Assembly (NCBI GenBank): GCA_963755915.1
Contig: CAVWLP010000002.1
Location: forward strand, 800,001-864,000
DNA from: an uncultured Phycisphaerales bacterium
GTDB lineage: Bacteria; Planctomycetota; Phycisphaerae; Tepidisphaerales; Tepidisphaeraceae
Direction: 5' to 3'
Length of the DNA stretch: 64,000 nucleotides
This document shows positions 42,139 to 52,407 of the stretch, one piece after another. The notes under the pieces are model-generated. The model saw nothing but the letters and a program-made list of their open reading frames with translations. It was not told the origin of the DNA and made no database searches. The position numbers were made by a program, and so were the translations under genes. Within the stretch, counting starts at the first letter, position 1, and the number at the start of each line of letters is the position of its first letter.

Positions 42139-43437
42139 ATGAATCCGCTCCAGCGCTCGATGACAGAGCGGGTGATCCTCATCGCGGCGGCTATCTACCT
42201 TCTGATCAATGGAATCCTGATGGTGCGGGAGAAATCGTTCCGGTCGGAGTGGGACCAGGTTTTTGTGCGGGCATCGCGGCAGTTGGTGAATGGGGAAGAT
42301 ATCTATGTCTCGCCGCCGTTTGATGCCAACTCTTCGCAGACGATTATTTTTCAGGTGACCCATCCATTTACGTATCCGCCGTTTCAGGCGCTGATTGCGC
42401 TGCCGATGGCCTGGCTGCCGCATTTCTTGAGCCGGCTGGCTTGGTTTGGCGTGCAGGTGGTGGCGCTGGTGGTGCTTTGGAAGTTGAGCTGGAGGGTCGC
42501 GGGAGGGAAAGAGATTGTTTCGGGGACGGAGATTGCGGTTCTGATCCTGGGGCTGCTGGTGGGGATGCGGTATGTGCAGGGGACGTTTGGGCATGAGCAA
42601 TCGGATATTGTCATCGATGCGCTGCTTGTTGCGGGCTGCTTCGCGTGGCAGAACGCGCGGGATTTTGCGGCGGCAACGGCGTGGGGCATCGCGGCGGCGT
42701 TTAAGGGACCGCCGCTGATTATGGCGGGGTATCTCGCCTGGCGGGGAAGATGGTTAGCCGCGGGGTGGATGGTGGTGCTGGCGGTGGCGCTGAACCTGGC
42801 GCCGGATGCGGTTCATCGTGCGCCGCAGGGACTGTGGCTGCAGGAGTGGTACACGCGGATCGTGAAGCCGACCAGCGGGAATATCGGGCAGTGGTATGTG
42901 GATGTGACGATCAACCAGTCGATCGCCGGGGCGGCGCACCGGTTTTTCACGACGCACTGGAACATCGCGGATGGAAAATTGAATACGACGTTTGATAAGA
43001 ACGTGGTGTCGGCAAAGACGCTGAAGCGAATGGTTTATTCGCTGGATCTTGCGCTGCTGGTGGGCGTGGCATGGACGATTGGGCGGCCGCTGCGAAGGCC
43101 GAACGATCAGCGAAGGCTGGGAGTGGAATGTGCGCTGATGTTCGTGCTGATGCTGCTGCTTTCGCCGATGTCGCATAAGACGCATTTTGGGATTTTGATG
43201 CTGCCGGGGTTTTTCGTGGCGCGAATGTGGATTCAGCAGCGCGACCGATTGGCAGCGGCGATGATGATCGTTTGCGTGATTTCAATCGGGCTGCTCGACC
43301 GGGATTTTTTTGGGGCGGCGCTGGGGGATTTGTTTTCGTGGTATGGGAACGTGATGTGGGGGGCGGTGGCGCTGGGGGTGGGGTGTTTTTGTGGGTTGGC
43401 GAGTGGCGGCGATTCAATTTCCGCGGCGCTGGACTGA
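42139..43437 (+). CDS. GT87/DUF2029-like membrane glycosyltransferase
   Basis: FTYPPF, AAFK.PP, NQSI, LLSPMSHKTH; many TM segments. Confidence 0.82.
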   Translation: MNPLQRSMTERVILIAAAIYLLINGILMVREKSFRSEWDQVFVRASRQLVNGEDIYVSPPFDANSSQTIIFQVTHPFTYPPFQALIALPMAWLPHFLSRLAWFGVQVVALVVLWKLSWRVAGGKEIVSGTEIAVLILGLLVGMRYVQGTFGHEQSDIVIDALLVAGCFAWQNARDFAAATAWGIAAAFKGPPLIMAGYLAWRGRWLAAGWMVVLAVALNLAPDAVHRAPQGLWLQEWYTRIVKPTSGNIGQWYVDVTINQSIAGAAHRFFTTHWNIADGKLNTTFDKNVVSAKTLKRMVYSLDLALLVGVAWTIGRPLRRPNDQRRLGVECALMFVLMLLLSPMSHKTHFGILMLPGFFVARMWIQQRDRLAAAMMIVCVISIGLLDRDFFGAALGDLFSWYGNVMWGAVALGVGCFCGLASGGDSISAALD

Positions 43438-43513
43438 AAGCGCTCCCCTTCGGGTCGCGGCTAAACGGGCGTGCTTTGGTTGTTGAATCGTAGTCCTTTT
43501 TATCGAGCATGCG

Positions 43514-43655
43514 TTAGCTTGGAATTTGCTTCCGCGACGAGGGGCGTTTGAGGGTGAGGCCTAGTGCGCCGAGGAACAGGAGCGGCGTTGTGGGTTCGGG
43601 GACAAAGGCGATTCCGAAGTAGTCGGTGTCGTTGCCGGTGTAAGTAGAAGGCATT
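43514..43655 (-). pseudogene. Orphan C-terminal fragment of a PEP-CTERM gene
   Basis: YTGNDTDYFGIAFVPEPTTPLLFLGALGLTLKR, with no signal peptide or upstream body. Confidence 0.65.
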
Positions 43656-44231
43656 GCGGAGGGGCATGTCCGAAAATGTCCGGAAGTGCCCGGGATTTGA
43701 CGATGGATTTTTCTTTCCCCGGGCTGAGTTTGATCTGTGTCGCAAAGAAAGGGAGAGAATATGGATCGATGATATGGTGCATTGGACGATTCCCCAATTT
43801 TCCCCAAAATTCCCCACTTTTCTGGGGGGTACCTATTTATACAGCGTGAGACTTTCGGGCTTCGAATTCCGCCGGTGAGGAGACTGTAAGGACGCCGGCG
43901 GCACGGTCATGTCCCGGAATGTCTCCTTTTGCTCCGTTTTGACGGAATTTTTCCTGCGGTGATGCGAGGAGCGAAAGCGCGGGGCGGCGAGGCCAAGTTG
44001 TGAAGGGTCTGAATCATGGCATTTTCGATTGGGAAACATCACGCCTCTATATACAGGTCCAAAAGGTGTACGTTTTGTACCTATTTTTGGGAAATCGGCG
44101 GATTTTTCTGAAAATAAATTTTTAGGGATGGAGCGGCGAAGGGGAGGGTCCTGACTCGCGCCCGGGGGGCGGGTAACAGACTTAGGATATGCGGGGGGCA
44201 GGAGATTGCGGTATGATTTGTATGCCGGTTC

Positions 44232-44304
44232 GGGCGATTAACTCAGCGGCTAGAGTGCCACCCTTACAAGGTGGAAGTCAGGGGTTCGAATCCCTTATCG
44301 CCCA
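44232..44304 (+). tRNA. tRNA-Val (TAC); CCA not encoded
   Basis: Acceptor GGGCGAT/ATCGCCC plus A; anticodon arm CCACC-CTTACAA-GGTGG; T loop GGTTCGAATCC. Confidence 0.96.
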
Positions 44305-44795
44305 CTTAACGATTTGTATTTGCGATGGAGGGCGGAGCGATAGCTTTTGAGATCGCGGTCTTTGGCGTCATCCAGGTATGCCATCGCCAATAGCTTCAGG
44401 GCCTTGGTTTTTTGGCCCAGGTCGTGGTACGCCAGGGCGAGAAACAGACGTACCACTTTGTCGTTGGGGAATCGGCTCTGGGCGCGGAGAAGTTGGGCGA
44501 GGGCCGCACGTGATTTTCCCACGTCGCGAAGGGATGAGGCCAGACAAACGAATGCGTCCCGCAGGGCCAAGCCCTTCAGGCCAAGTCGAAGAGCGCGCTG
44601 ATAGAGGGGAATCGCCTGGGCTTCGCGGCCGCGACGGTCCAGGGCCAGGGCGGAGTGAAGGCAGACCATGGCATTTTCGGGGTGCAGACGACACAACTGG
44701 ACCGGTTGGTCTAGACTGGCTTGGCGGGGAATCCGCACGCGCCGGGAAGGCTGTGGTCGGCTTCTTCTGTTGATTTGCGCTAATTTTCGTGGCAT
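44295..44795 (-). CDS. Tetratricopeptide-repeat protein (start uncertain)
   Basis: ALDRRGREAQAIPLYQRAL..GL, LASSLRDVG, FLALAYHDLG. Confidence 0.8.
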   Translation of the reverse strand: MPRKLAQINRRSRPQPSRRVRIPRQASLDQPVQLCRLHPENAMVCLHSALALDRRGREAQAIPLYQRALRLGLKGLALRDAFVCLASSLRDVGKSRAALAQLLRAQSRFPNDKVVRLFLALAYHDLGQKTKALKLLAMAYLDDAKDRDLKSYRSALHRKYKSLSGR

Positions 44796-45039
44796 GGGCG
44801 CGGTGTATCCCTCATAGCATCAAGGTTGCATCGATACAATCACTGGCAAAACCGCGGTATATCTCAATTTTTGAGCCAAATCATCGGGTTCGAGCGGCAA
44901 AATTAGCTAGGCCCGCGATGCCAGGGATGATATAGTTTCGCACTTGCAAATCTAACATAAGGGAGCAGATGCGGGTCATAATCACAAGCAGCTCTTCCGG
45001 CTGCGAATAGATCGCATCGGATCCTAAAAGGAGGCGAAA

Positions 45040-48000
45040 ATGGTCCGGCAAGAATCGCGTTCTCGTTCCAAACGAAAAGCCACCGCGCGTCTGTCGATGG
45101 CGTTGTCGGCAGCGCTAGCGATGTATGCGGTTTCCGCCCAGGGCCAGGCCGTTGGCACTGCAGGCACAAACGGGAGCAATGGCACGAGCCCCGGCGGCAA
45201 CGGGACCTCCGGCGGACCGGCCACGGAAAACAACAGTTCCTCCTCGACGAGCATCAGCGCCAGCGCCGTCGGCGGCGCGGGGGGCTCCGGCGGCAACGGA
45301 GCGAGCGGCACCGCCGGAGGCTCTGGAGGTCAGGGCGGGACCGCGTCCACCGTCGTCGCTACAACCCCGGCGGCAACTTCTTCGATCTCCGATCAAGCCA
45401 GCGCCACCGGCGGCGCCGGCGGCACTGGGGGCAACAGCGGCGGCGGAAGCGCCAACGGCGGCAGCGGCGGGGCGGGAAACACCGCCACCGCCGCGATCTC
45501 CGGCACCACCTCCAACAGCTCCGACGTTCAGCTTACCGCAATCGCCGGCGGCGGCGCGGGAGGGTCTGGCGGCACCAATGGCGGTGGAACCGGCAGCGGC
45601 GGCGCCGGCGGCAACGGGGCAGGAGCGAGCCTGGGAATAGTGACGGGTTCATCAACCGGCGGCGGCTCGGTCTCAGTCCGCGGGGAAGTATTCGGCGGCA
45701 ACGGCGGCGCTGGAATCAACGGAAGCATGGGCGGCAACGGCGCGAATGTCACCCTCTCCAGTATTCAAATCAGCGGCACCACCAGTGGAAGCTTGACGCT
45801 GGAGCAGGATGCCTATGCCGGCGACGCCGGCGGAAGCAACGGCGCACCGGGCGGCACCGCGGGCAATGCAACCTCCGATTTCTCGCTCACTCAAAACAGC
45901 GTGGGGACGATGACGGGATTCAGCATCGCCACGGGCGGCTCCGGCGGCGACAGCCAAAACGCGGTTGCCAGCAATGGTGGCACGGCCGCCGCGATAATCA
46001 CCTTGATGAACAATACCACCAGCGATCTTGCCGGGACCGCGGCGAGCAATTACTTCGGCCAGGGCAGCGGCTACAGCGACGGTGGAGATATCGCCGGGGG
46101 AACCTCGGGAACCGGAGGAACGGGCGGAAACGCGACCGCAACCGCGACCGTTTCCGGTTCAGTCGCCTCATCGGTGACGGCAACCGCCTATAGCATTGGC
46201 GGAGCGGGGGGATCCCTCGCCGGCGTAACTACCGGCAACGGCGGCGCCGGTGGAACCAGCAGCGCCGGCGCCACCGGCGAAAATGGCGGCGCCAACGGAA
46301 TAACGGTGCTCGTCCTCGCCCAAGGCGGCGGCGGCGGAGCCGGGCAGGGAAGCAGTTTCAAGGGGGGCGCCGGCGGGTCAGCGAGTTTGGGAACCGTGCT
46401 CGGTGTCTCATCCGCAAGCGGCTCGGTCTCCGTTCGCGGCGAAGTTTACGGGGGCAGCGGCGGCGCCGGCCAGGACGGAGCAACGGGAGGGAACGGAGCT
46501 GATGTTACTTTGTCCGGCGTTGAGGTGGCCGCCACCACCAGCGGAAGCGTGACCCTGGAGCAGGATGCCTACGCCGGCAACGCCGGGGGATCCAACGGCG
46601 CTAACGGTGGCTCGGCCGGCAACGCGACCTCCGACTTCAACCTGACGCAAAACGGCGTGTCCTCGCTGACCGGACTAAGCGTCGCCACCGGTGGATCGGG
46701 CGGAGCCAGCGAGAACTTCACTGCCAGCGGAGGCGGCAATGCCAGTACCATGATCAGCCTTACGAGCAACACCACCGGCGACATTACCGCCACCGCGGCG
46801 AGCAATTATTTCGGCAACGGCAGCGGCTACGGCGACGGTGGATACATCACCGGCGGAACCGGGGACAACGCCGGCGCTGGTGGCATGGGCACCGCGACCG
46901 CATCGGTAACGGGCACCCTGGCCTCCTCAGTCACGGCAACCGCCTATGGCATTAGCGGAATTGGAGGAAACATAATCAACTCCGCCACCGGCAGCGGCGG
47001 AGAGGGCGAAGTTGGAATCGCGGGCGCCACCGCCACCGACGGCGGAACCGGCACCGTGACGGTTTTGGCCGAGGCCGTCGGCGGCTCCGGTGGAGGCGGG
47101 CAGGGAAGCGGATTCTTCGGCGGCGCCGGCGCGAACGCGAGCCTGGGCACGGTGATGGGTTCTTCCAGCGGCGGTGGCGCGGTCACCGTCCGCGGGGAGG
47201 TCTTTGGCGGCAACGGCGGCTTTGGCGGAAACAGCGCCACCGGCGGCAACGGAGCGAATATCACGCTTTCCAGCGTCCAGGTCAGCGGCACCACAAGCGG
47301 CAGCCTCTCCCTCGAGCAGGATGCCTACGCCGGCGATGCCGGCGGCGCTAACGGCGCTAGTGGGGGCGTCGCGGGCAACGCAACCTCAGATTTTGTTCTC
47401 AGCGAGAATGGAATGTCTTCGCTCACTGGGTTCAGTGTGGCGACGGGTGGATCGGGCGCAAGCAGCGTCAACGCCAACGCCGTGGCCGGCGGCACGGCAA
47501 CGGCGATGATCAATCTGACCAGCACCCTCAGTACCGGAAGCATCACCGCCAACGCTGGCGCGAACTACTACGGCAACGGCAGCGGTTACAGCGACGGTGG
47601 ATACATCACGGGGGGAACGGCGGACAACGGCGCCTCTGGAGGAACCGGCTCGGCGACGGCCTCGGCGACCGGAACCGTTGCCTCATCGGTAACGGCCAAC
47701 GCCTATGGTTATGGCGGAAGCGGCGGCGACGTAATCAATACTGCCACGGGCAATGGCGGAGGGGGCACAGTGGGGACCGCGAGCTCGACGGCCATCAACG
47801 GCGGCGCCGGCAGCGTCACGGTGCTCGCCGATGCGGTCGGAGGCAGCGGCGCGGGCGGACAAGGATCAACCTTCACCGGCGGCAGCGGCGCGTCGGGAAG
47901 CCTCGGCACGGTCACAGGTTCGTCCAGCGGCAGCGGCTCGGTAACCGTCCGCGGGGAAGTATTCGGCGGCAACGGCGGCGCGGGTGGAGCTGGAGCAACC

Positions 48001-49533
48001 GGCGGCAGCGGGGGAAATGTCATTCTGACCAGTCTCGAGGTTGGCGGAACCACCACCGGAAGTCTCACGCTCGAGCAGGATGCCTACGCCGGCAACGCCG
48101 GCGGCGCCAACGGCGAGGTCGGTGGCGCGGCCGGAAACGCGATTTCCGATTTTGTTCTCAGCCAAAACGGAATGTCGTCGTTCACCGGGATTAGCGCGGC
48201 CACCGGCGGCTCCGGCGGCTACAGCCAAAACGCCACCGCGGCCGCAGGCGGTTCGGCAACCGCCATGATCGATCTCACCAGCACCACCTCGGGAACGGTC
48301 ACGGCTTCCGCTGGAGCGAACTACTTCGGCGGAGGCAGCGGCTACAGCGAGGGCGGCATCGTGGACGGTGGCACCGGCAATGGCGGACCGGGATTTCTGG
48401 GCTCCGCCACTTCCACCGCCGATGACACCGGAACCGGACAGGCGACGGCCCAGGCTTACAGCAGCGGCGGCGTCGGTGGAACCGGAGATGGCGGCGGATT
48501 TTCCGGCGGCAACGGCGGAAACGCCACCTCAAGCGCAACTGCGATCACCGTTTCGGGAGAGGCGCAGGCGGTCGCGCTGGCAACTGGCGGCAGCGCCGGC
48601 ACCGCAAATAACGGGGCCAACGCCGGCACCCTGGCTGGCACCGCGACGGCGACGGCCGTCAGCCACGGCATCACTGTCACGGATATCGTTCAACACGGCG
48701 CCAATGCCCAGACCGGCGGCGAAGCCGGGGCGTACGTCACCTGGGTCTCCGGCTCCCCTGCCACTGTCGAATTTGGTCCGGCCGGAAACAACATCGGCCA
48801 GGGAACCGTCACGGGAACGCTGGCGCTGATGGGCGTCGCCCAAGGCAGTGGGTCAATCACCGTTGGAAACGGAACCAACCCGACGACGCTCAAGCTGACG
48901 GCCACGGGCCTGTCGCAAGGCAACATTATCGTGGCGACGAACTCGACATTTGATATCGCCAACAACCATTTTTACATCGACTACGGCAGCAACAGCGATC
49001 CAATTTCGACGATCTACGGGTTTTTGAAATCGGGGTTCAATAATGGAGGCTGGAACGGCACGGGAATTATCTCGTCCAATGCACAAACCAAAACCAATGG
49101 CTTGTTCTACGGCGTGGGATGGGCCGATGGAAATGATGGCACGCATAATGTGGCTAATCTTTCCAGCGGATCAATTGAATTGAAATACACGCTGCTCGGC
49201 GACGCCAACCTGGACGGGTCGGTGAACGGCAGCGACTTCAGCATCCTGGCGGCCAACTTCGGGCTGGGCGTCACCAACTGGGACCAGGGGAATTTCCTCT
49301 TCTCCTCATCCGTGAATGGCTCCGATTTCTCGGCGCTGGCGACGAATTTCGGGCAGGGGGACAGCGGCGCGGATGTGAGCGTCTCGCCGGCGGATATTGC
49401 GGCGCTGGACGCGTTCGCGGCGGCGAATGGTTTGGCGGCACCGACGATTAGCGCGGTGCCGGAACCGGCGTGCGGGGCGATTGTGATCGTCGCGGCGGGC
49501 GGGGCGCTGGCAAGGCGGCGGCGGCGAACTTGA
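45040..49533 (+). CDS. Large Gly-rich PEP-CTERM protein with four ~252-aa repeats and a dockerin-like module
   Basis: AGGAGG RBS, signal peptide; VRGEV(F/Y)GG at 45676, 46432, 47188 and 47947; GDANLDG module; VPEP..RRRRT. Confidence 0.92.
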   Translation: MVRQESRSRSKRKATARLSMALSAALAMYAVSAQGQAVGTAGTNGSNGTSPGGNGTSGGPATENNSSSSTSISASAVGGAGGSGGNGASGTAGGSGGQGGTASTVVATTPAATSSISDQASATGGAGGTGGNSGGGSANGGSGGAGNTATAAISGTTSNSSDVQLTAIAGGGAGGSGGTNGGGTGSGGAGGNGAGASLGIVTGSSTGGGSVSVRGEVFGGNGGAGINGSMGGNGANVTLSSIQISGTTSGSLTLEQDAYAGDAGGSNGAPGGTAGNATSDFSLTQNSVGTMTGFSIATGGSGGDSQNAVASNGGTAAAIITLMNNTTSDLAGTAASNYFGQGSGYSDGGDIAGGTSGTGGTGGNATATATVSGSVASSVTATAYSIGGAGGSLAGVTTGNGGAGGTSSAGATGENGGANGITVLVLAQGGGGGAGQGSSFKGGAGGSASLGTVLGVSSASGSVSVRGEVYGGSGGAGQDGATGGNGADVTLSGVEVAATTSGSVTLEQDAYAGNAGGSNGANGGSAGNATSDFNLTQNGVSSLTGLSVATGGSGGASENFTASGGGNASTMISLTSNTTGDITATAASNYFGNGSGYGDGGYITGGTGDNAGAGGMGTATASVTGTLASSVTATAYGISGIGGNIINSATGSGGEGEVGIAGATATDGGTGTVTVLAEAVGGSGGGGQGSGFFGGAGANASLGTVMGSSSGGGAVTVRGEVFGGNGGFGGNSATGGNGANITLSSVQVSGTTSGSLSLEQDAYAGDAGGANGASGGVAGNATSDFVLSENGMSSLTGFSVATGGSGASSVNANAVAGGTATAMINLTSTLSTGSITANAGANYYGNGSGYSDGGYITGGTADNGASGGTGSATASATGTVASSVTANAYGYGGSGGDVINTATGNGGGGTVGTASSTAINGGAGSVTVLADAVGGSGAGGQGSTFTGGSGASGSLGTVTGSSSGSGSVTVRGEVFGGNGGAGGAGATGGSGGNVILTSLEVGGTTTGSLTLEQDAYAGNAGGANGEVGGAAGNAISDFVLSQNGMSSFTGISAATGGSGGYSQNATAAAGGSATAMIDLTSTTSGTVTASAGANYFGGGSGYSEGGIVDGGTGNGGPGFLGSATSTADDTGTGQATAQAYSSGGVGGTGDGGGFSGGNGGNATSSATAITVSGEAQAVALATGGSAGTANNGANAGTLAGTATATAVSHGITVTDIVQHGANAQTGGEAGAYVTWVSGSPATVEFGPAGNNIGQGTVTGTLALMGVAQGSGSITVGNGTNPTTLKLTATGLSQGNIIVATNSTFDIANNHFYIDYGSNSDPISTIYGFLKSGFNNGGWNGTGIISSNAQTKTNGLFYGVGWADGNDGTHNVANLSSGSIELKYTLLGDANLDGSVNGSDFSILAANFGLGVTNWDQGNFLFSSSVNGSDFSALATNFGQGDSGADVSVSPADIAALDAFAAANGLAAPTISAVPEPACGAIVIVAAGGALARRRRRT

Positions 49534-49685
49534 GATGGCCACGGAGTTTCAAGATTTTGTTGCCATTTAGGCCGCCTCAACTTATGTTTCATCCCTCGGT
49601 TTGAACGCGTGGGTGTGGTTAGTTCGCTTCCAAGCCGAATCAATTTTTTGGGTCGAGGGGATCGGCGTTCTATGGAGAGGGAGTT

Positions 49686-52302
49686 ATGTCGAAAAATAAT
49701 GCGAAGCGACGTGCGATTGCGCGGGCGTGCGTGGTGCAATCGGCGGTGGTCGGAGCTGTGGCGCTGCGAACAAATGCTCAGGCATATTATTACCAGCAAG
49801 CCGGGGGAGGAGACTGGAACAGCACGGCCGATTCCTATTCCGCATGGTTCGACGAGAGCGATGATACCAGCGTGAAGGTCCCGCCGGATGGGACGAGCAC
49901 GAGTGCGTATATCGAATCCACTTACATTGGCGTAAGCAATGTGACCGTCACATTCAATCAGACGTATTCCACGGGGCTGGAGTATTTCGAGATCGCTTCG
50001 GGGAACACGCTGACACAATCGGGGTCCGGGACGGCGATGGTGGCCCAAAGCGAATCGCTAGGTGGTGAAGAGGCGGATGGCAACGGCACCTACATTCAAT
50101 CTGCCGGATCGAACAAGATCTCGGGTGCGTTGTATATCGGCAGTGAAGATGGGCCGGGGAATTATGTTTTGAGCGGGACCGGATCGGTTACCACCGGCAC
50201 GCTGAACATAAATGGATCTTTCAACGGTGAGTGTGAGTTCAGTCAGTCAGGCGGGTCTGTACAGGTGAACAACAGCCTTGGGGTCGGTGAATCGGAAGAG
50301 GAAAGCGATGCAGCCTTAAGCCTGTACAACCAGACGGGCGGGACGGATGCGATCACGGGTAGTCTCACGATCGGCGGGGGGAGCACCGGCCTCTACATTC
50401 TTGGCGCGACGGCAAGCCTGGGCGTCACCGGCAACGAAACCGTGGGCCAATACTCGTCGGGGGTTTTCTCGCAGACGGGCGGGACGCACACCATCAGCGG
50501 CACGCTCACCATCGGGAATGAAGAGGGGTCCGGCACGTATAACCTCAACGGCGGCACGCTCACGACGGGGTATGAGCAGATCGGCGCCGGCGGAGTCGCC
50601 CAATTCACCCAAAGCGGCGGGGCGCAAACGATCTCAAACAACCTGCTGATCAGCGGTGGGGATCTGGAAGAATCGACCGTTCCGGCGATGCTGTCGATCG
50701 ACTCCGGCGCCACGCAGGTGAATGGAAGCGCCTATGTCGGCGGAAGCGCTTCGAGCTCCGGCAATGCCGGCTACGTTTTCATCGCCGGCGGATCGCTGAC
50801 GGTGAGCGGCACGCTGGACATTTATGCGAGCGAGAACAGCAACGTGGTCTCGCTGTCATCGGGAGCGCTGACTGCGGGGTTTATCAATGTGAATCAATCG
50901 CCTGGCGACTTGTCCTGGACCGGGGGGACGTTGACGCTGACCAATCAGCAGGTCGATCTCTCTAACGGCAGCGATCCGACTTTTAACTCTATTTTGTTCG
51001 GCAACACCCTGACGCTGAATTCCGGAATGACGCTGGTTGATACGAGCAATACGGCGACCGGCGCGGAATACCTTTACGGGAGTGCCAGCCAGATTACCCA
51101 GAACACGGGGAGCAGCAACAGTTCGGTGTATCTATTATTGGGCAACGTCAGCGGCAGCGGGGCCGCGGCTCAATACGCGCTTAACGGCGGCAATTTGGGC
51201 GTCGATGAGGCCCTGGTCGGAGATATCGGAACTTATACCGGCGGCAACGGGGCGGGCGTTATCAATCAATCGGGCGGCAACGCAGCCTACGGCTATATCG
51301 AGATCGGCTATAACTCGCCGGGATCATATAATCAGACGGGCGGCACGCTTGCAGCGATCTTTGACGAATACGTTGGAGCGTATCTTGGGACGGGAACTCT
51401 GACGATCGGCCAGGGCGCCACGAACGACACAAGCACTCTGGTGGTTGGCACCTCGGGTAGCGTCACGATGAACGGGGGTTCGCTGACAAGCAGCGTGACT
51501 ACCAACAACGGCCCATTCGTGGAAAACGGTGGAACATCGCAACTCGGGGCGCTGAGCGGGATCGGAACGATCACCGTGGGCGGCGCGGGCCAGTCGGCGT
51601 CGATGTCGGTGACGCAGTTTACGCAGCAGAAAATCGCCGTCGGCAGCCAGGGGCTTTTCAGCGTTGCGCCGAATTCCGGTTCCGATAATTCGGTGGTCGT
51701 TCTGAATGTTACGGGCACGGGGCAATTCGACCTGGCGAACAATCACATGTTCATCGACTACGGCACGGGCTCTGACCCGGCGGCCACGATCGCCGGCTAT
51801 TTAAAAAGCGGTTACAACGGCGGGCACTGGAACGGGCCGGGAATTATCTCGACAGTGGCGCAGACGGCGACCAACGGCCACCTCTATGGTCTGGGCTGGG
51901 CAGACGGCAAGGACGGAGTGGTGAAGAGCCTCTCGTCGGGGGAGCTTGAGATCAAGTACACGCTGCTGGGAGATGCCAATCTCGACGGCTCGGTGAACGG
52001 CTCGGACTTCAGCATCCTCGCCGCGAATTTCGGGCTGGGGGTCACCAACTGGGACCAGGGGAATTTCCTCTTCTCCTCATCCGTGAATGGCTCCGATTTC
52101 TCGGCGCTGGCGACGAATTTCGGGCAGGGGGACAGCGGCGCGGATGTGAGCGTCTCGCCGGCGGATATTGCGGCGCTGGATGCGTTCGCGGCGGCGAATG
52201 GATTGGCCGCGCCGGTGATCGGGGCGGTGCCGGAACCGGCGAGCGTTGGTTTGGCGCTGATGGCGGGTACAGGGTTGCTGGCGCAGGCGAAGACGCCGGT
52301 AA
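49686..52302 (+). CDS. PEP-CTERM protein with beta-helix-like (Q-S/T-GG) repeats and a dockerin-like module
   Basis: Signal peptide, repeated F/Y-xQ(S/T)GG motifs, VPEP. Removing one base near 52284 gives the expected RRRRR* end at 52302. Confidence 0.9.
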
Positions 52303-52407
52303 TTCGGCAATTTTAATTTTCGGTTTTTTGTGGCAAACCTCGGGGGTGAAAGATAGGTTGGCGGGTTGTTTCCAGCGGGGGGAGGCTGGAAAAAAGGGAG
52401 GCAGGTG

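Noticed and set aside
44232-44304. tRNA-anchored integrative element
   Set aside because: No integrase, and I found no duplicate of the tRNA 3' end in the window.
49270-52180. Diversity-generating retroelement TR/VR pair
   Set aside because: The copies are identical rather than differing at adenines, both are coding constant regions, and no reverse transcriptase is visible.
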